This document shows, one piece after another, positions 40,375 through 53,442 of a DNA stretch of 58,623 bases (positions are counted from its first letter, which is position 1; each line of letters opens with the position of its first letter). Position numbers and translations under genes: made by a program. The notes under the pieces are model-generated. The model did no database searches. It worked only from the letters and a program-made list of their open reading frames with translations, and was not told where the DNA came from. Origin of the DNA: Octopus sinensis (Eukaryota); NCBI RefSeq assembly GCF_006345805.1, contig NW_021835395.1, positions 1 to 58,623 on the forward strand, in the 5' to 3' direction.

Positions 40375-41570
40375 GATCTCAGAATTTTAAATGATTTGCT
40401 TTTTCGCTGGGAAGGAATTTTTCTTCGAAGTATACGTCTCGCTTTTATCCTTCGAAACGTTTAGTAGATGAAATCTAGCGACTGAAGAAGGGGGTTTTTT
40501 CGTGTTGCTTATTGTCCTGTATCTCTCCCTTTTTTTGCTTGTCTTGTTCCTTGGTTTGTGTCTATGTGTTTCGTCTCTCTATGTGTTCGACGTCTTTTTG
40601 TGTTCTGTACACATATATGCGTGTATATGTACATGTAGAGGTAGGTACGTACATATATGTTTATATATATGCATATATTCTATTTTATTAACATATTATA
40701 CGATTAAACGCACGCACCCTACTAAGTAAGATTGTTCTGTTTATCAAGTTAGCCTTGATATTAACTCTCACGCGACTCTGCATCTTTCTTTCTTTCTCTC
40801 CCATTCCCTTTTTCGTCTTTTTTTCCCTCACTTAACTTGTCTCTTCCTCTCTCTCTCATTCTTCATTCTCTCTCTCCTTTCACCATTCTTCATGGTCTCC
40901 TCGCACCATTCCCCTTCTTCTCTCTCTCTTCCTCTTGCTCCTCCTTCCTCCCCCATTCCCGTCATCCATCTGCGACGATACTTCCGTCGTAACTGCTATC
41001 CTGTCTTTTCTCTCCCGCCTTGCAAGGCTTCTGGTTGACAAAATTTCCTCTCTGTCTTCCACGATAATCCAGCGTTTACAATATTTTTTTCGTCTGGCGT
41101 TACAGCCCTTCTATCTTGTTCTCCTTGTCTTGTCTCTCACTGTTATATATTTATTTTTCCACTGTTTATATATATATTTTTTTACTGTTTATATGTTTGT
41201 ACTGTCGTTACCGTCTTGCCTTTTTTTTTACCCCTCTGCGAAAAGATCTCAGATTTTAATTGATTTGCTTTTCGCGGGAAGGAATTTTTCTTCGAAGTAT
41301 ACGTCTCGCTTTTATCCTTCGAAACTTTAGTAGATGAAATCTTAGCGACTGAAGAAGGGGTTTTTTCGTTGTGCTTATTGTCCTGTATCTCTCCCTTTTT
41401 TTGCTTGTCTTGTTCCTTGGTTTTGTCTATGTGTTCGTCTCTCTATGTGTTCGACGTCTTTTTGGTGTCCTGTACACATATATGCGTGTATATGTACATG
41501 TAGAGGTAGGTACGTACATCTATGTTTATATATATGCATAATTCTATTTTATTAACATATTATATATTAT
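40375..41570 (+). repeat. Two ~330-bp direct repeats 870 bp apart (40375 and 41245) flanking a unique core; pLTR-like
   Basis: gatctcaga.tttta..gaagtatacgtctcgcttttatccttcgaaac..gtagaggtaggtacgtacat in both. Confidence 0.85.
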
Positions 41571-42739
41571 ATATATATCCGCATATGTATATAAATTAAA
41601 TACTGGGGTCGATGCAATCGACTTAATCCGTTTGTCTGTCCTTGTTTGTCTTCTCTGTGTTTAGCCCCTTGTGGGTAGTAAAGAAATTGGTACTTAATTT
41701 ATCGACTCTCGAAAGGATGAAAAACAAAGTCGACCACGGTGGAATTTGAACTCAGAACGTAAAAACGGGCGAAATACCGGCGTGCTAACGATTCTGCCAG
41801 TTCACCGCTTTCGGTAGTATTGTAATATTAACAATAAAACCAGATTACACTGTTTGATACTGTCGAATACTGTCTGTTAAGTAAAGAAAACGTATCGCAT
41901 GACACCTGAAGATATCGGAGTAAAGGGCGGATACCTGCTCATGCTTAAAACTAGCAGAATAGGGACCATGAAGAGATGCACCCTACAGTTCTTTACACAG
42001 CACTGTAATATTTGATAATAGAGAAAACAGCTACTGAAAATCTTCTATTTTCAGGGGCAGGAATTATTATGGTATCAGTAATAGACTTATCTGAGACGAT
42101 TTAAAAAAAATTACAATAGAAAATGAGATTCTTGTAGGAACCAAAGAAATCAAAGTAACTTTTATTGCACGCTCTTGTTGCTTTGTCAGATTCTAAACTC
42201 GAACAGGAATTCACAACGAAATTTCATAGAACAGGTGAATCTGCGAGTGATGAGAAAAATTCAATAGAAAAATCTCCCAATGAAGAATGAATTGATCACG
42301 ATTCTTTTATGTTGATCAGCAGGGTGCAGACGTAAGAAGTGGTCAATCAAAAAAATCGATGCAAACGAACAAGAAACGAAGAAAATAATAGAGAAAGAAT
42401 TTGTGACGATGTTTCACGAACTTGATAAAGTCCAATATATGAACAATGGATATCGAACCAAACATGAAAGTTTTAGCGAATCTTGGGGGAAAAAAATTAC
42501 TTCCTAAATATAGGCAGACTGCATGCAGGGAAGACATAGGAATTAAGAAATAAAATAAAGATGCAATTCAAACGTTACAGTATTTTTCAAAGAAAGAAAT
42601 TCGTAGATATACATCACTTCTCCATCTCTCTCTTTCTCCTACTCTCTCTTTTGTGCAGACGACAGTAAAGCATATTTCATTTTAAACTGTTCAAAAGTAA
42701 ACATATTTTGTCAATCCTTTATATATTAGATTAATGTTT

Positions 42740-43185
42740 GGATCTTTTCGGTTTGAACGACAGTTTTTAACATAATTTCTAGGTAACTAAAAATTTTTTA
42801 ACTTCGTATACTGGTAGAATGTGTTTATAAATCATCTTTTTCTCTTGGCTTTATAGAGAAAATTCTATAGTTTGTAAGACATTTGTTGTTTTTTTTTCTT
42901 CAATTTCTGCAATTTCAACCAATCAGTGACGTCTATTGAGTTAAAAAGCATTCTGTGCCGTATGAATATGTCCCTCGTTTAAGAAACAGATTGGGATTAT
43001 TTACATTTGTGAAGAAAAAAGATACCCTTCCCCCCAACCCTAACCCTAACCCTAAACCTAACCCATATTAACCCTAACCCTAAAAGAGATTGAAATGCAA
43101 TAGATCGATTCTAGGGTCATAATTATGGGTGACAATTTCATAATACACCGCTAGAAAAAAACTGCCGTTCAAACCGAAAAGATCC
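42740..43185. mobile_element. MITE with 30-bp TIRs, 8-bp TSD and internal (TAACCC)n; Merlin- or hAT-type
   Basis: TAATGTTT|ggatcttttcggtttgaacg ... cgttcaaaccgaaaagatcc|TAATGTTT. Confidence 0.9.
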
Positions 43186-43360
43186 TAATGTTTAAATATG
43201 GTTAAAAGAAACAAAACAAGATATCTCAAAGAAATTCAATCAAATATTTCATGCATTCTTATGTGTTTACTCTAATCAGTTAGCCTATTTTCGTTTACCA
43301 TTTTTTAAATCGTAACTTTTACACTCACACACGAAAGATAGTATATTCAGCATAGATGGA

Positions 43361-43741
43361 AGCACTCCGTCGGTTACGACGACGAGGGTTCCGGTTGATC
43401 CGGTCAACGGAACAGCCTGCTCGTGAAATTAACGTGTAAGTGGCTGAGCACTCCACAGACACGTGTACCCTTAACGTAGTTCTCGGGGGATATTCAGCGT
43501 GACACAGAGAGTGACAAGGCCGGCCCTTTGAAATACAGGTACAACAGAAACAGGAAGTAAGAGTGAGAGAAAGTTGTGGTGAAAGAGTACAGCAGTGATC
43601 ACCACCATCCCTGCCGGAACCTCGTGGAGCTTTTAGGCGTTTTCGCTCAATAAACACTCACAACGCCCGGTCTGGGAATCGAAACCGCGATCCTACGACC
43701 GCGAGTCCGCTGCCCTAACCACTGGGCCATTGCGCCTCCAC
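43361..43741 (-). mobile_element. SINE family C, full length; its internal ~115 bp is re-duplicated at about 43820-43935
   Basis: ggaggcgcaatggcccagtggttagggcagcggactcgcg..cgtaaccgacggagtgc. Confidence 0.9.
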
Positions 43742-46081
43742 GTATATTCAGCATAAATATTGTGCTCACTCGATAATATAATCATAGACCATAACAGAAG
43801 CGTAATTTGTTACGAAAATTTTAACGTGTAAGTGGCTGAGCACTCCACAGACACGTGTACCCTTAACGTAGTTCTCGGGGGATATTCAGCGTGACACAGA
43901 GAGTGACAAGGCCGGCCCTTTGAAATACAGGTACGAAATATTCCAGCAGTTGTTCAGAGATAATATTGCTCATTCCCCAGTTGTGTGATATGTACGGGGC
44001 GGAAGTAGGAAAATGGGAGAGTGACAAAAATAAAAGGCCCGAAGAACGTATTATACCAATACACATCCTATTTAGTATTTGGTTTTAACACATCTATCCT
44101 CTGATTCTATCTATCGATATCCAGCCAGTCAACCTGTCATGTATACAAAAATTATTCTTTCTTTTCGATTTCACAAACACTCTAATAAATAATGTACATA
44201 ATTCCTCATCTCTTAAATATAGAAAGGTATTATCTACCTTTGGTATTCGAATGTTATTTTTTTCCATCTTGTTTTACACTTATGTGCTCACCTATGTGTG
44301 TGTGTGGGGTGTATGTGTATGTGTGTGTAAAGACACGAATAGGCTGAGGGTCGTTACAGCTGTTTCGGACATATTTTTTTCTTTTTATTGATAAACAAAT
44401 AAACTACATCGTATAAAAAAAAAACGTTTTCTTCAGGTGAATTACAGTCCTTGAAACTACTTTAAGTGTCCTTATTACTAAAATACTTCGATTCTATCGG
44501 ATCCTGCAACGTCGGTTTGATGAAGGGGGTGAGCTTATGTCTACACGAACATTTGATCACTATAAACAAATCATGTGTGTGATTGTTCACTATGAAATTA
44601 TCGAACCCTCATACTCTAACAACAAGAGGAGTCCATTATATATATATATATATACGGTTTATATACGAAACAATTGTACCGAGATTTTAATCCATTCTTC
44701 TTGCTTTTTCCTATTTATAATATATATATATAAACATCATATAATTAGGGCTAAAGAGGGTATTCTAAAGCCAATAAAACTGATTTATCCACTTATAATC
44801 CGCTTGCACAGGAGAATTGAAACTGAAAACGGGCAACTAACTTTAGAAAATTTAAATTCGTTATCTTATATTGAATCATTTCGGAATTAATCTTATTAAA
44901 AGATATATCTTTCTTCAGTAGAGCTTTCGATGGGATATAAAAAAATACTCACGTATGATCATGGAAAAAAGCACAAGCTAAAAACACAACTACACTTGAG
45001 TACATCACTTATATCTAAAAATAAAAATTCTTTTGGTCAGCCTCAGAACAACGTTGACCTTTCGCCGCTAACAAATTGTAATGGTTACGGTCCTCCCGTA
45101 GCAAGCAGCGAGTTTACTACTATCACTATAGGATGAAAGTCCCTTTCTCTACTGAAAAGGAATCCATCAGGAGCGTGGGCAGTATATTTAAAAAAAAACG
45201 TTACGGTTGAAGTTATAAACATCATATAATTAAGGGCTAAAGAGGGTATTCTAAAGCCAATAAAACTGATTTATCCACTATAATCCGCTAGAATTATATA
45301 TATATATATATATTATATATATAAGTTTATAAATTGGTTGCGAGATCCCTGATGTGAAACCGTATGTTGAAACAGATATTGTTGTATTTTGGGGCGGTCA
45401 TTTTTTTGCCCAATAAACACACGCACTATATATTCGTTCTTCAATCGTTTATTATTGTTCTTCTAGCTCATGTCCGTTGTATGGAAATCTTCCGCCACAC
45501 ATCTGTGACCTCTTCAGCGACACTTTCTGTCATCGTATGTCCTCCTACACCGCTTAGTTCATTCTACACACACACACACACATGTAAAATGCGAAATTGC
45601 TTTTGACCCTCAGGCCGAAACTGGTGACGATTTGGTGACCTGAGTCTTGTGTTCCGTTTGCTTGTGTATTTATATGTTTTTAGCATATATATATATATAT
45701 GTGTCTGTGTGCGTTGTGTGTATGTGTGTGTGTGTGTGTGTGTGCATATCTATCTACTAATATATGCACACATAATGACCGGAACACCTGCAGCCGTCAC
45801 ACTGGCGCTGTCTTCAACGGTAACTAAGTGTAGCTTTACACACACACACATGCATACATACATACATACATGCATACACACACACATATATATATATACA
45901 CACACACACACATATATATACACACACACATATATATATATACACACATACATACATATACACACACACTCACACATACACACACACACATATATATATA
46001 CACACACACACACATATATATATATACACACACATACATATACACACACACTCACACATACACACACACATACATATATAT

Positions 46082-46112
<31 letters not shown>

Positions 46113-46145
46113 AGTATATATGTGTGACACACATACGCACACATG

Positions 46146-46214
<69 letters not shown>

Positions 46215-46582
46215 TGCGAAAGCGAGGGGGGAGACTAACCAATAAAACTGTTGACCGCTGGCCTAACTTGTTGTTCGTCTCTTGTGTCCACTTTATAATG
46301 ACTCACCGGAGCCTTGACCTCATATTTATCACCCTCCCCCCCCACCTCCGTCGCTGTCTTTAACCATTGACACACTTCATTGATCTCACTTTGCTTCCTT
46401 AGTCGTCTGCTTCAGTCAATTTTTTTTTTTTTTGCTTTTCAGTCTGTCTACCTCGCTCCCTTCTGTGTTTTCTCTGTCTATCTATCTCACTCTCCGTCTA
46501 TTTGTCTTACTCTTTCTCTCTCTCTCTCTCTTTTCTCTTAGTCTCGTCTCGACTCGTTCCTGTTTCGCGCTCTCGCTCACCA

Positions 46583-46622
<40 letters not shown>

Positions 46623-47185
46623 CTCTGTCTCTCTCTCTCCTGTTCGTTTATGTGTCTTTCTCTCTTCTCCATGTCTATCTCAATCTCTCATGATATATTT
46701 ACCTCACTCTGACTGACTTTTTTTCCCCTCTTTGTCTTGTCTCTTTCTTATCTCGCCTCTCTCTCTCTCTCTCTTTCTGTCCTTCTATCCGAAGTTCTCC
46801 TTCTGTCCGTCTCTCTCTCTGTCACACACATACACTCTCTCTCTTTCTCGCTCTCTCTCTCTCACACACTCCCTCTCTTTCATACTCCTTCATACTCAAT
46901 CTCTCAACCTACTCTCTATAGCTCTAATATTTCTCATTCCCCATCTTTCTCTTCCATTATCTCCCTTTATTCTCACCACAGTCCCTCTGCTAATTGTTTC
47001 TCTATCAGCTTCTAGTTGTTGTCTTCTCTCTCTCTCTGTCTCTCTCTCTCTCTGTCTCTCTCTGTCTCTCTCTTTCTCAAGCCATCATTGCTATTTTTGT
47101 ATCTTCCCCACCACTCATCTCTCCTCTTCACCTCACACCATCTCTTTCATCTTTCTCTTCATGTTCTGATTATCAACGTTTCAAA

Positions 47186-47203
47186 GTCCGCCAGGTGGCG
47201 CAG
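47186..47203 (+). promoter_or_regulatory. Candidate CTCF-type site
   Basis: GTCCGCCAGGTGGCGCAG closely matches the bilaterian CTCF core; it lies in a short unique island between microsatellites. Confidence 0.4.
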
Positions 47204-47241
47204 ACCATAGAATTTCCAATTTTGAGCACGAGAAGACGTAC

Positions 47242-47282
<41 letters not shown>

Positions 47283-47605
47283 TACACACACACACACACA
47301 CACACGCACACACACACACACACACACACTCAAATATGTACATATGTATTTATGTATGTATGTATGTATGCATGTGTGTGTGTATTTGTATATATGTGCG
47401 TGCATATGTATTTTTATGTATATACATGCATATATACTCTCTCTTACTGTCTCCCCCCTCTCTCTCCGTATATATATATATATATATTATATATATATAT
47501 ATATACAAGACGCATATATGAACACACAAGCTTATACAAACACACACATACGCACACTGACACACACACACACTTGTTCATGTACATGCTCTGTTGTGTA
47601 AGAGG

Positions 47606-47706
47606 ATGATGACGACAACGACAACGAACGCAGTGGTGATGATGATGATGATGACGACGACAACGACGACGACGATGATGATGATAATGATGATAATGAT
47701 GATGAC

Positions 47707-47738
<32 letters not shown>

Positions 47739-47804
47739 CGATGATGATGATGATGTGGTGATGATGATGAGGACGATTATGATGATGATGATAATGATGA
47801 TGAC

Positions 47805-47836
<32 letters not shown>

Positions 47837-47940
47837 CGATGATGATGATGATGTGGTGATGATGATGAGGACGATTATGATGATGATGATAATGATGATG
47901 ATGATGATGATGATGACGATGATGATGATGATGGTAGTGG
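47606..47940. repeat. Compound (GAT/GAC)n tract with an internal higher-order duplication
   Basis: The block gatgtggtgatgatgatgaggacgattatg occurs twice, about 99 bp apart. Confidence 0.85.
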
Positions 47941-48061
47941 GGATGACGACGGTGGATCAGAAATAGGACTGTTTGTTGTTGTTTTTGTTATTGTGATAAA
48001 AATAGAACAAAAAGCTTACATCACAAAGTGTATACTTTGTGTACATACATACATACATACA

Positions 48062-48119
<58 letters not shown>

Positions 48120-48461
48120 CACATGCGTGTGTGTGTGTGTTTATACGCTACTTTATATGTATGTATGTGTATATTTGTATTATTTGCATGTAACTAATTG
48201 CATGTGGGTGATGTATATGTTCACTTCATAATTACTAAGACGCAGGTTCGATCCCACAGCGTGGTGTGGAATCGTGGGAAATTTTACATACTATGTCCTC
48301 GGGTCGGTTCAACCCCCGCGAGCGGAGCTGCACAGAGGGAAACTGTACAGAAGCCTGCCTAGTTTGATTCCGTCTGTCGTTAGCTTAAACGTCAAACAAT
48401 GATTCTGCCAGGCTGTTTTTTTAAGGGTACTCATGTCCGCGGAATACTCATCCAATATGTG

Positions 48462-48841
48462 GCACTCCGTCGGTTACGACGACGAGGGTTCCAGTTGATC
48501 CGATCAACGAAACAACCTGCTTTTGAAATTAACGTATAAGTGGCTGAGCACTCCACAGACACGTGTACCCTTAACGTAGTTCTCGGGGGAGATTCAGCGT
48601 GACACAGAGTGTGACAAGGCTGGTCCCTTTGAAATACGGGTACAACAGAAAACAAGAAGAAATAAGAGAGAAAGTTGTGGTGAAGGAGTACAGTAGGGTT
48701 TGCCCCCCCTTCTGCCGGAGCCCCGTGAAGCTTTAGGTGTTTTCGCTCAATAAACGCTCACAACGCCCGGTCTGGGAATCGAAACCGCGATCTTACGACT
48801 GCGAGTCCGCTGCCCTAACCACTGGGCCACTGTGCCTCCAC
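48462..48841 (-). mobile_element. SINE family C, full length
   Basis: Homology to 43361-43741. Confidence 0.88.
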
Positions 48842-49825
48842 GCTCATCCAATTACATAGTGAGTCAGTGAGTAGGTGGTTCAGTTGACCGAACGACTGAA
48901 TACTCATCGTCGAAACCAACGCAGATCCATTAGGGGTGTTTGGAAAAATGCGTAAATTTTGACGTGTTTGTATATCACGCCTTGATGAAGAGGCGAGTGG
49001 CTTAGTGTTGGATTCATGATCGTAAGATTGTGGTTTCGATTCCTGACCCGGGTGATGCGTTGTATTCTCGACCAAGACATTTCATTTCACGTTGCTCCTG
49101 TCCACTCAAGTGGAGGCAAATGGCTTAGTGGTTAGGGTCTTGCACTCACGATCGCAAGATTGTAGTTTCGATTCCTGGACCGGGTGATGCGTTGTGCTGT
49201 TCTTGAGCAAAACACTTCATTTCGCATTGCGTTAGTCAACCTGACTGACAGAAATGAGTAATCCTGCGATGAATCAATACCCTACAAGTGGAGGAATATA
49301 TACCCCACAGAATCCGAGAACCTTATGAGCCTATGGCTCTGGAAGGACCTTTGATCAATCAGCCCCACCCACCATCCTTGTCTTTTTCGATATCACATCT
49401 TGATTCTGTATGAACTGAGATCCCCGGTGACAGGCCCCCACAATTAAATATAGTTTTAACCACTAATGGTATCTAGATTACTAGCTCCGGTTTCGATTCC
49501 CAGATTTGATGTGTAATATAAATAAAATGGCTGCTTGTTTCTCTGGGGTCAGTCAAGTGATGAGATCTCAATAAGGGTTGAAAATTCATTAAGGCTCTCT
49601 TTACTCTTTTATTCTTTTACTTGTCTCAGTCATTTGACTGTGGCCATGCTGGGGCACCGCCTTTAGTCGAGCAAATCGACCCCAGGGCTTATTCTTTGTA
49701 AGCCTAGTACTTATTCTATCGGTCTGTGGCGCCGAACCGGTAAGTTCCCTAAACACACCAGCATCGGTTGTCAAACGATATTGGGGAGGACAAACACAGA
49801 CACACAAACATATACACACACATAC

Positions 49826-49886
<61 letters not shown>

Positions 49887-50096
49887 TATATATATAATAT
49901 ATATATAATAATATAATATAGGGTAACAAAGGGTAAAATTAATTAATTAAGAAGTAATCAGTAATTTCACCAAGACCATTTCATGGTAAGCTTAAGTAAT
50001 ACTTTTAAAGTAGAAGGAATAGCTAAGATTTTTTGACTGCTATTTCTAAACTTCAGTATGTGGTGAAGCAAATCTTTGCTGAACCCTAATTATAAA

Positions 50097-50132
<36 letters not shown>

Positions 50133-50196
50133 CGCCATGTTGAATCGTTAGCCCCTACACGCAATTATATCTCTCTCCTTGTTTCTTTTCTGTGTA

Positions 50197-50234
50197 TCTT
50201 TCTGTCGAAGAGGGTAGGCTCGAAACGTAAAAGA
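50197..50234 (+). ncRNA. Variant minimal type I HHR-like motif (A6U core)
   Basis: UCUUU-CUGUCGA-A-GAGG(GUAG)GCUC-GAAA-CG-UA-AAAGA; ACGU palindromic stem III. Confidence 0.5.
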
Positions 50235-50328
50235 CTTGTTTTATTTCTATTCCTGAGCGCCATACTAATACATTATTTGTTTGTACTCCACCTGCCTTCG
50301 TCTTTTGTTTATTTTCATAACATTCCCG

Positions 50329-50368
<40 letters not shown>

Positions 50369-50379
50369 TAATATATATA

Positions 50380-51055
50380 TACGACGGGCTTCTTTCAGTT
50401 TCCGTCTACCAAATCCACTCACAAGGCTTTGGTCGGCCCGATGTAATAGCAGAAGACACTTGCCCAAGGTATCACGCAGTGGGACTGAACCCGGAACCAT
50501 TTGGTTCGTTAGCAAGCTACTTACTACACAGCCACTCCTGTGACTTTTTTTTTTCATTCTATGGCAGTGTTTCTCAACTGTGCTCCATAAAAACCTTGAG
50601 GGTCTATATAAGAGTTTGTTGTTAAAATTTATCCGCAATAAATTGGTTATAATTCTACAATACAGGCACAGGAGTGGCTGTGTAGTAAGTAGCTTACTTA
50701 CCAACCACATGGTTCCGGGTTCAGTCCAACTGCGTGGCACCCTGGGCAAGTGTTTTCTACTCTAGCCTCGGCCCGACCAAAGCCTTGTAAGTGGATTTGG
50801 TAGACGGAAACTGAAAGAAGCCCGTCGTATATATGTATGTTTGTGTGTCTATGTTTGTGTGTCTGTGTTTGTCCATCCAACATCGCTTGACAACCGATGG
50901 TGGTGTGTTTATTCCTCGTAACTTAGCGGTTCTGTAAAAGAAACCGAAAGAATGAGTACTAGGCTTACAAAGAATAAGTCCTGGGGTCGACTTGCTCGAC
51001 TAAAGGCGTTGCTCCAGCATGGCCACAGTCAAATGACTGAAACAAGTAAAAGACA
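50380..51055. mobile_element. Two divergent family-A SINEs (50380-50540 minus, 50665-51055 plus) forming an inverted pair
   Basis: ..cacagccactcctg (50540) versus caggagtggctgtg (50668). Confidence 0.85.
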
Positions 51056-51357
51056 AAAATAGTAATGCACGAAATATTTTAGTAATTTTTTAAATACAAT
51101 TTCTCATAACATTTAATTATAAAAATATAATGGGATTTTTTAAAGCATCAAATGGCTATCAGGGTCCATCCAAGAAAATGGTAATCAAAGGGGTTCATAG
51201 GGAAAAAATGATTGAGATCCACTGGTCTACGGAGAAACAGGTAGAATTGATAAGTTCCTGTATCTACTACATAGGCATATATATATATATATTACATCGT
51301 ACCTTGATGCTGTGTGGACTGGTTTCCTTGCTGACAAGCCTCTGATATTATAATATA

Positions 51358-51925
51358 TTGGGTTGTCCGGAAAGTTCGTGCCGATTTTTAAAGGAAAGAA
51401 AATAGTCGATAAATACTTGCCATTACATTTTTAATCAACCATATATGAACCATTTTGTTGCACAATGCGTCTCCATCTTTCGTTTAACTCGAAAATACCC
51501 TCTTCCCAGAATTGAGAAGTGGTTTCATGGCAAAGAATTCATCAAGGTATCTTTTTACGTCATCCAAAGAATTGAAATTTTTACCATTAAGACTATTCTG
51601 CAGAGACCTGAATAAGTGGAAATCTAAAGGAGCAATATCTGGTGAATATGGAGGGCGAAGTAACACATCCCAGCCGAGCTGCAGCAATATTTATCTGGTT
51701 CCCAAAGCATCAAGTGCCGAAAATGAACTTTCTTATCTTCCATTTTAAAGGGTTACAGAATTAACACAGGTTATATGAACATAAACCTTCTTCCTGGAAA
51801 AGATAGCTTAAACTGTGCTCTAAATGGAAGGGTAGTCAAATCCTATTTTATGGACTCAACCATGTTCTAAAACAAGTCGAAAGGTAAGCTACTATAAATC
51901 AGCAGGAACTTTCCGGACGACTCAA
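51358..51925 (-). mobile_element. Mariner transposon internal-deletion derivative retaining the transposase C-terminus
   Basis: 30-bp TIRs ttgggttgtccggaaagttcgtgccgattt / aaatcagcaggaactttccggacgactcaa, TA flanks; LGWDVLLRPPYSPDIAPLDFHLFRSLQNSL (YSPDxAPxD motif). Confidence 0.93.
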
Positions 51926-52224
51926 TATATAAGCACTCCGTCAGGTACGACGACGGGAGTTCCAGCAAATATTCTGCTCAATACCACAGATTTACTTGTC
52001 AGTTGTTTGACCATAACCAGTTGAGCATGTCCCTTAGTGGCTGACGATATGTGCGTCTCTGATAACGAGCAGAAGTAGTGGGGGAGCATCATGACCATAT
52101 GTTCAGAGGAATTTTTTATGGTTTGAATAATTTACCTTTGGAGACATGGGTGTTTCGTTCAACATCCTTAAACAAACCTTATTCAGGGAGTTCTCCGCAG
52201 GGCTCTTGAAATATGATCAGTAAA

Positions 52225-52322
52225 CAGTCTGCTGGCTGTGGACAGATGATACTCACCATCATACTCCGCAAAATAAGCTGAGAGTTTTCCTCAAGTAATA
52301 ATGATGATGATGATACTGATCC

Positions 52323-52380
<58 letters not shown>

Positions 52381-52815
52381 ATGAAGAAGAAGAAGAGGAG
52401 AAGAAAAGAAGAAGAAGAAGAAGAAGAAGAAGAAGAAGAAGAAGAAGAAGAAGAAGAAGAAGAAGAAGAAGAAGAAGAAGAGAAGAAGAAGAAGAAGAAG
52501 AAGAAGAAGAAGACACCGGGGGACGTTTAACATGTGAGAGCGATAAAGAAAACGCTGGGGACGTTGAAAATGTGGTTTTCCCAGGAGAACCATGTCTCAA
52601 AGAAATTTCAAAAGATTGTATTGACAAGTACTGCCTACATCCTTAGAAAAATCCTATCAGTTTAAATGCATGTGTTGAGACATTTCGCTACTGGCCCTGC
52701 CTGTTGCCCTCTTCGAGCTTTTAATCATACTGTAACATCCCTTATCTTTCACTCGCCTTAGGACGCTGGGTCTGTCTCGGCGAGTAATTGTAACAAACAT
52801 GCAGATTAAAAGTAA
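52225..52815 (+). mobile_element. RLE-LINE 3' UTR A, (GAT)n(GAA)n, then RLE-LINE 3' end B
   Basis: The UTR is shared with 2100-2160; B reads ..KKFQKIVLTSTAYILRKILSV*. Confidence 0.65.
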
Positions 52816-52829
52816 ATAATAATAACGTC

Positions 52830-53235
52830 AATAATCTACCCATTCATGCTCGTTTGATTCCAGGATCGTAAAGAAAGAGGACGAAAAGGAAAAAAAATAT
52901 AGTCCCTTAAAATTTGAAGTAGGAAGAATTTGGAGCATGAGAACAGTAAAGGTCGTGCCTACAATAATTGGTGCGGTGGAAACAGCAAGCAAAGCTATAG
53001 ACAAATTGTTGAAGGAGACTGGAATAGAATGCCCTGCAGAACTACAGAAAGCTTGTCTCTTAGGGTATGTAATGATTATCAGAAGGGTTCTAAGCATTTG
53101 AAAATTTACTGAAAACTTGTGGATACCTAAGGCTACAGGTAGTAACCCGCTATTCGTAGGAATCATTCCAGGAATAAGACCGAACCTGAGTCAAGCCAAA
53201 ACAGCAACAATAACAACCATAACAACAACAACAAT
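52830..53235 (+). mobile_element. Third RLE (R4/Dong-like) LINE family 3' end with (AAC)n tail
   Basis: FDSRIVKKEDEKEKKYSPLKFEVGRIWSMRTVKVVPTIIGA..ELQKACLLG..IIRRVLSI*. Confidence 0.8.
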
Positions 53236-53400
53236 TCTTTCTAGTTTTGCTTAGTGTGTAGCAACGAAAGACTAAATTAACCGGTTCGATCCTTCTCCAA
53301 AACTGCCGAAAGCCCTATGGTTTAACCCCGAGTGACGGTTTACTGGCTAGGAGACCATCAATACTGTGGGCCTAAATACAAGCGTGAACGTGACTCGATA

Positions 53401-53436
<36 letters not shown>

Positions 53437-53442
<6 letters not shown>

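Noticed and set aside
42192-42236. Possible 45-bp AG/GT-bounded exon (DSKLEQEFTTKFHRT)
   Set aside because: There is no homology or partner exon, and such matches arise by chance.
43030-43085. True telomere or chromosome-fusion scar
   Set aside because: Only a few repeats, inside a MITE with TIRs and a TSD.
43670-43741. tRNA-Arg-like gene (and similar heads elsewhere)
   Set aside because: It continues directly into a SINE body, and the acceptor stem does not close.
44345-44440. Minus-strand GAAA-CAGCUG-UA with a distant CUGAAGA as an HHR
   Set aside because: Stem I and stem II partners do not pair; at best a half motif.
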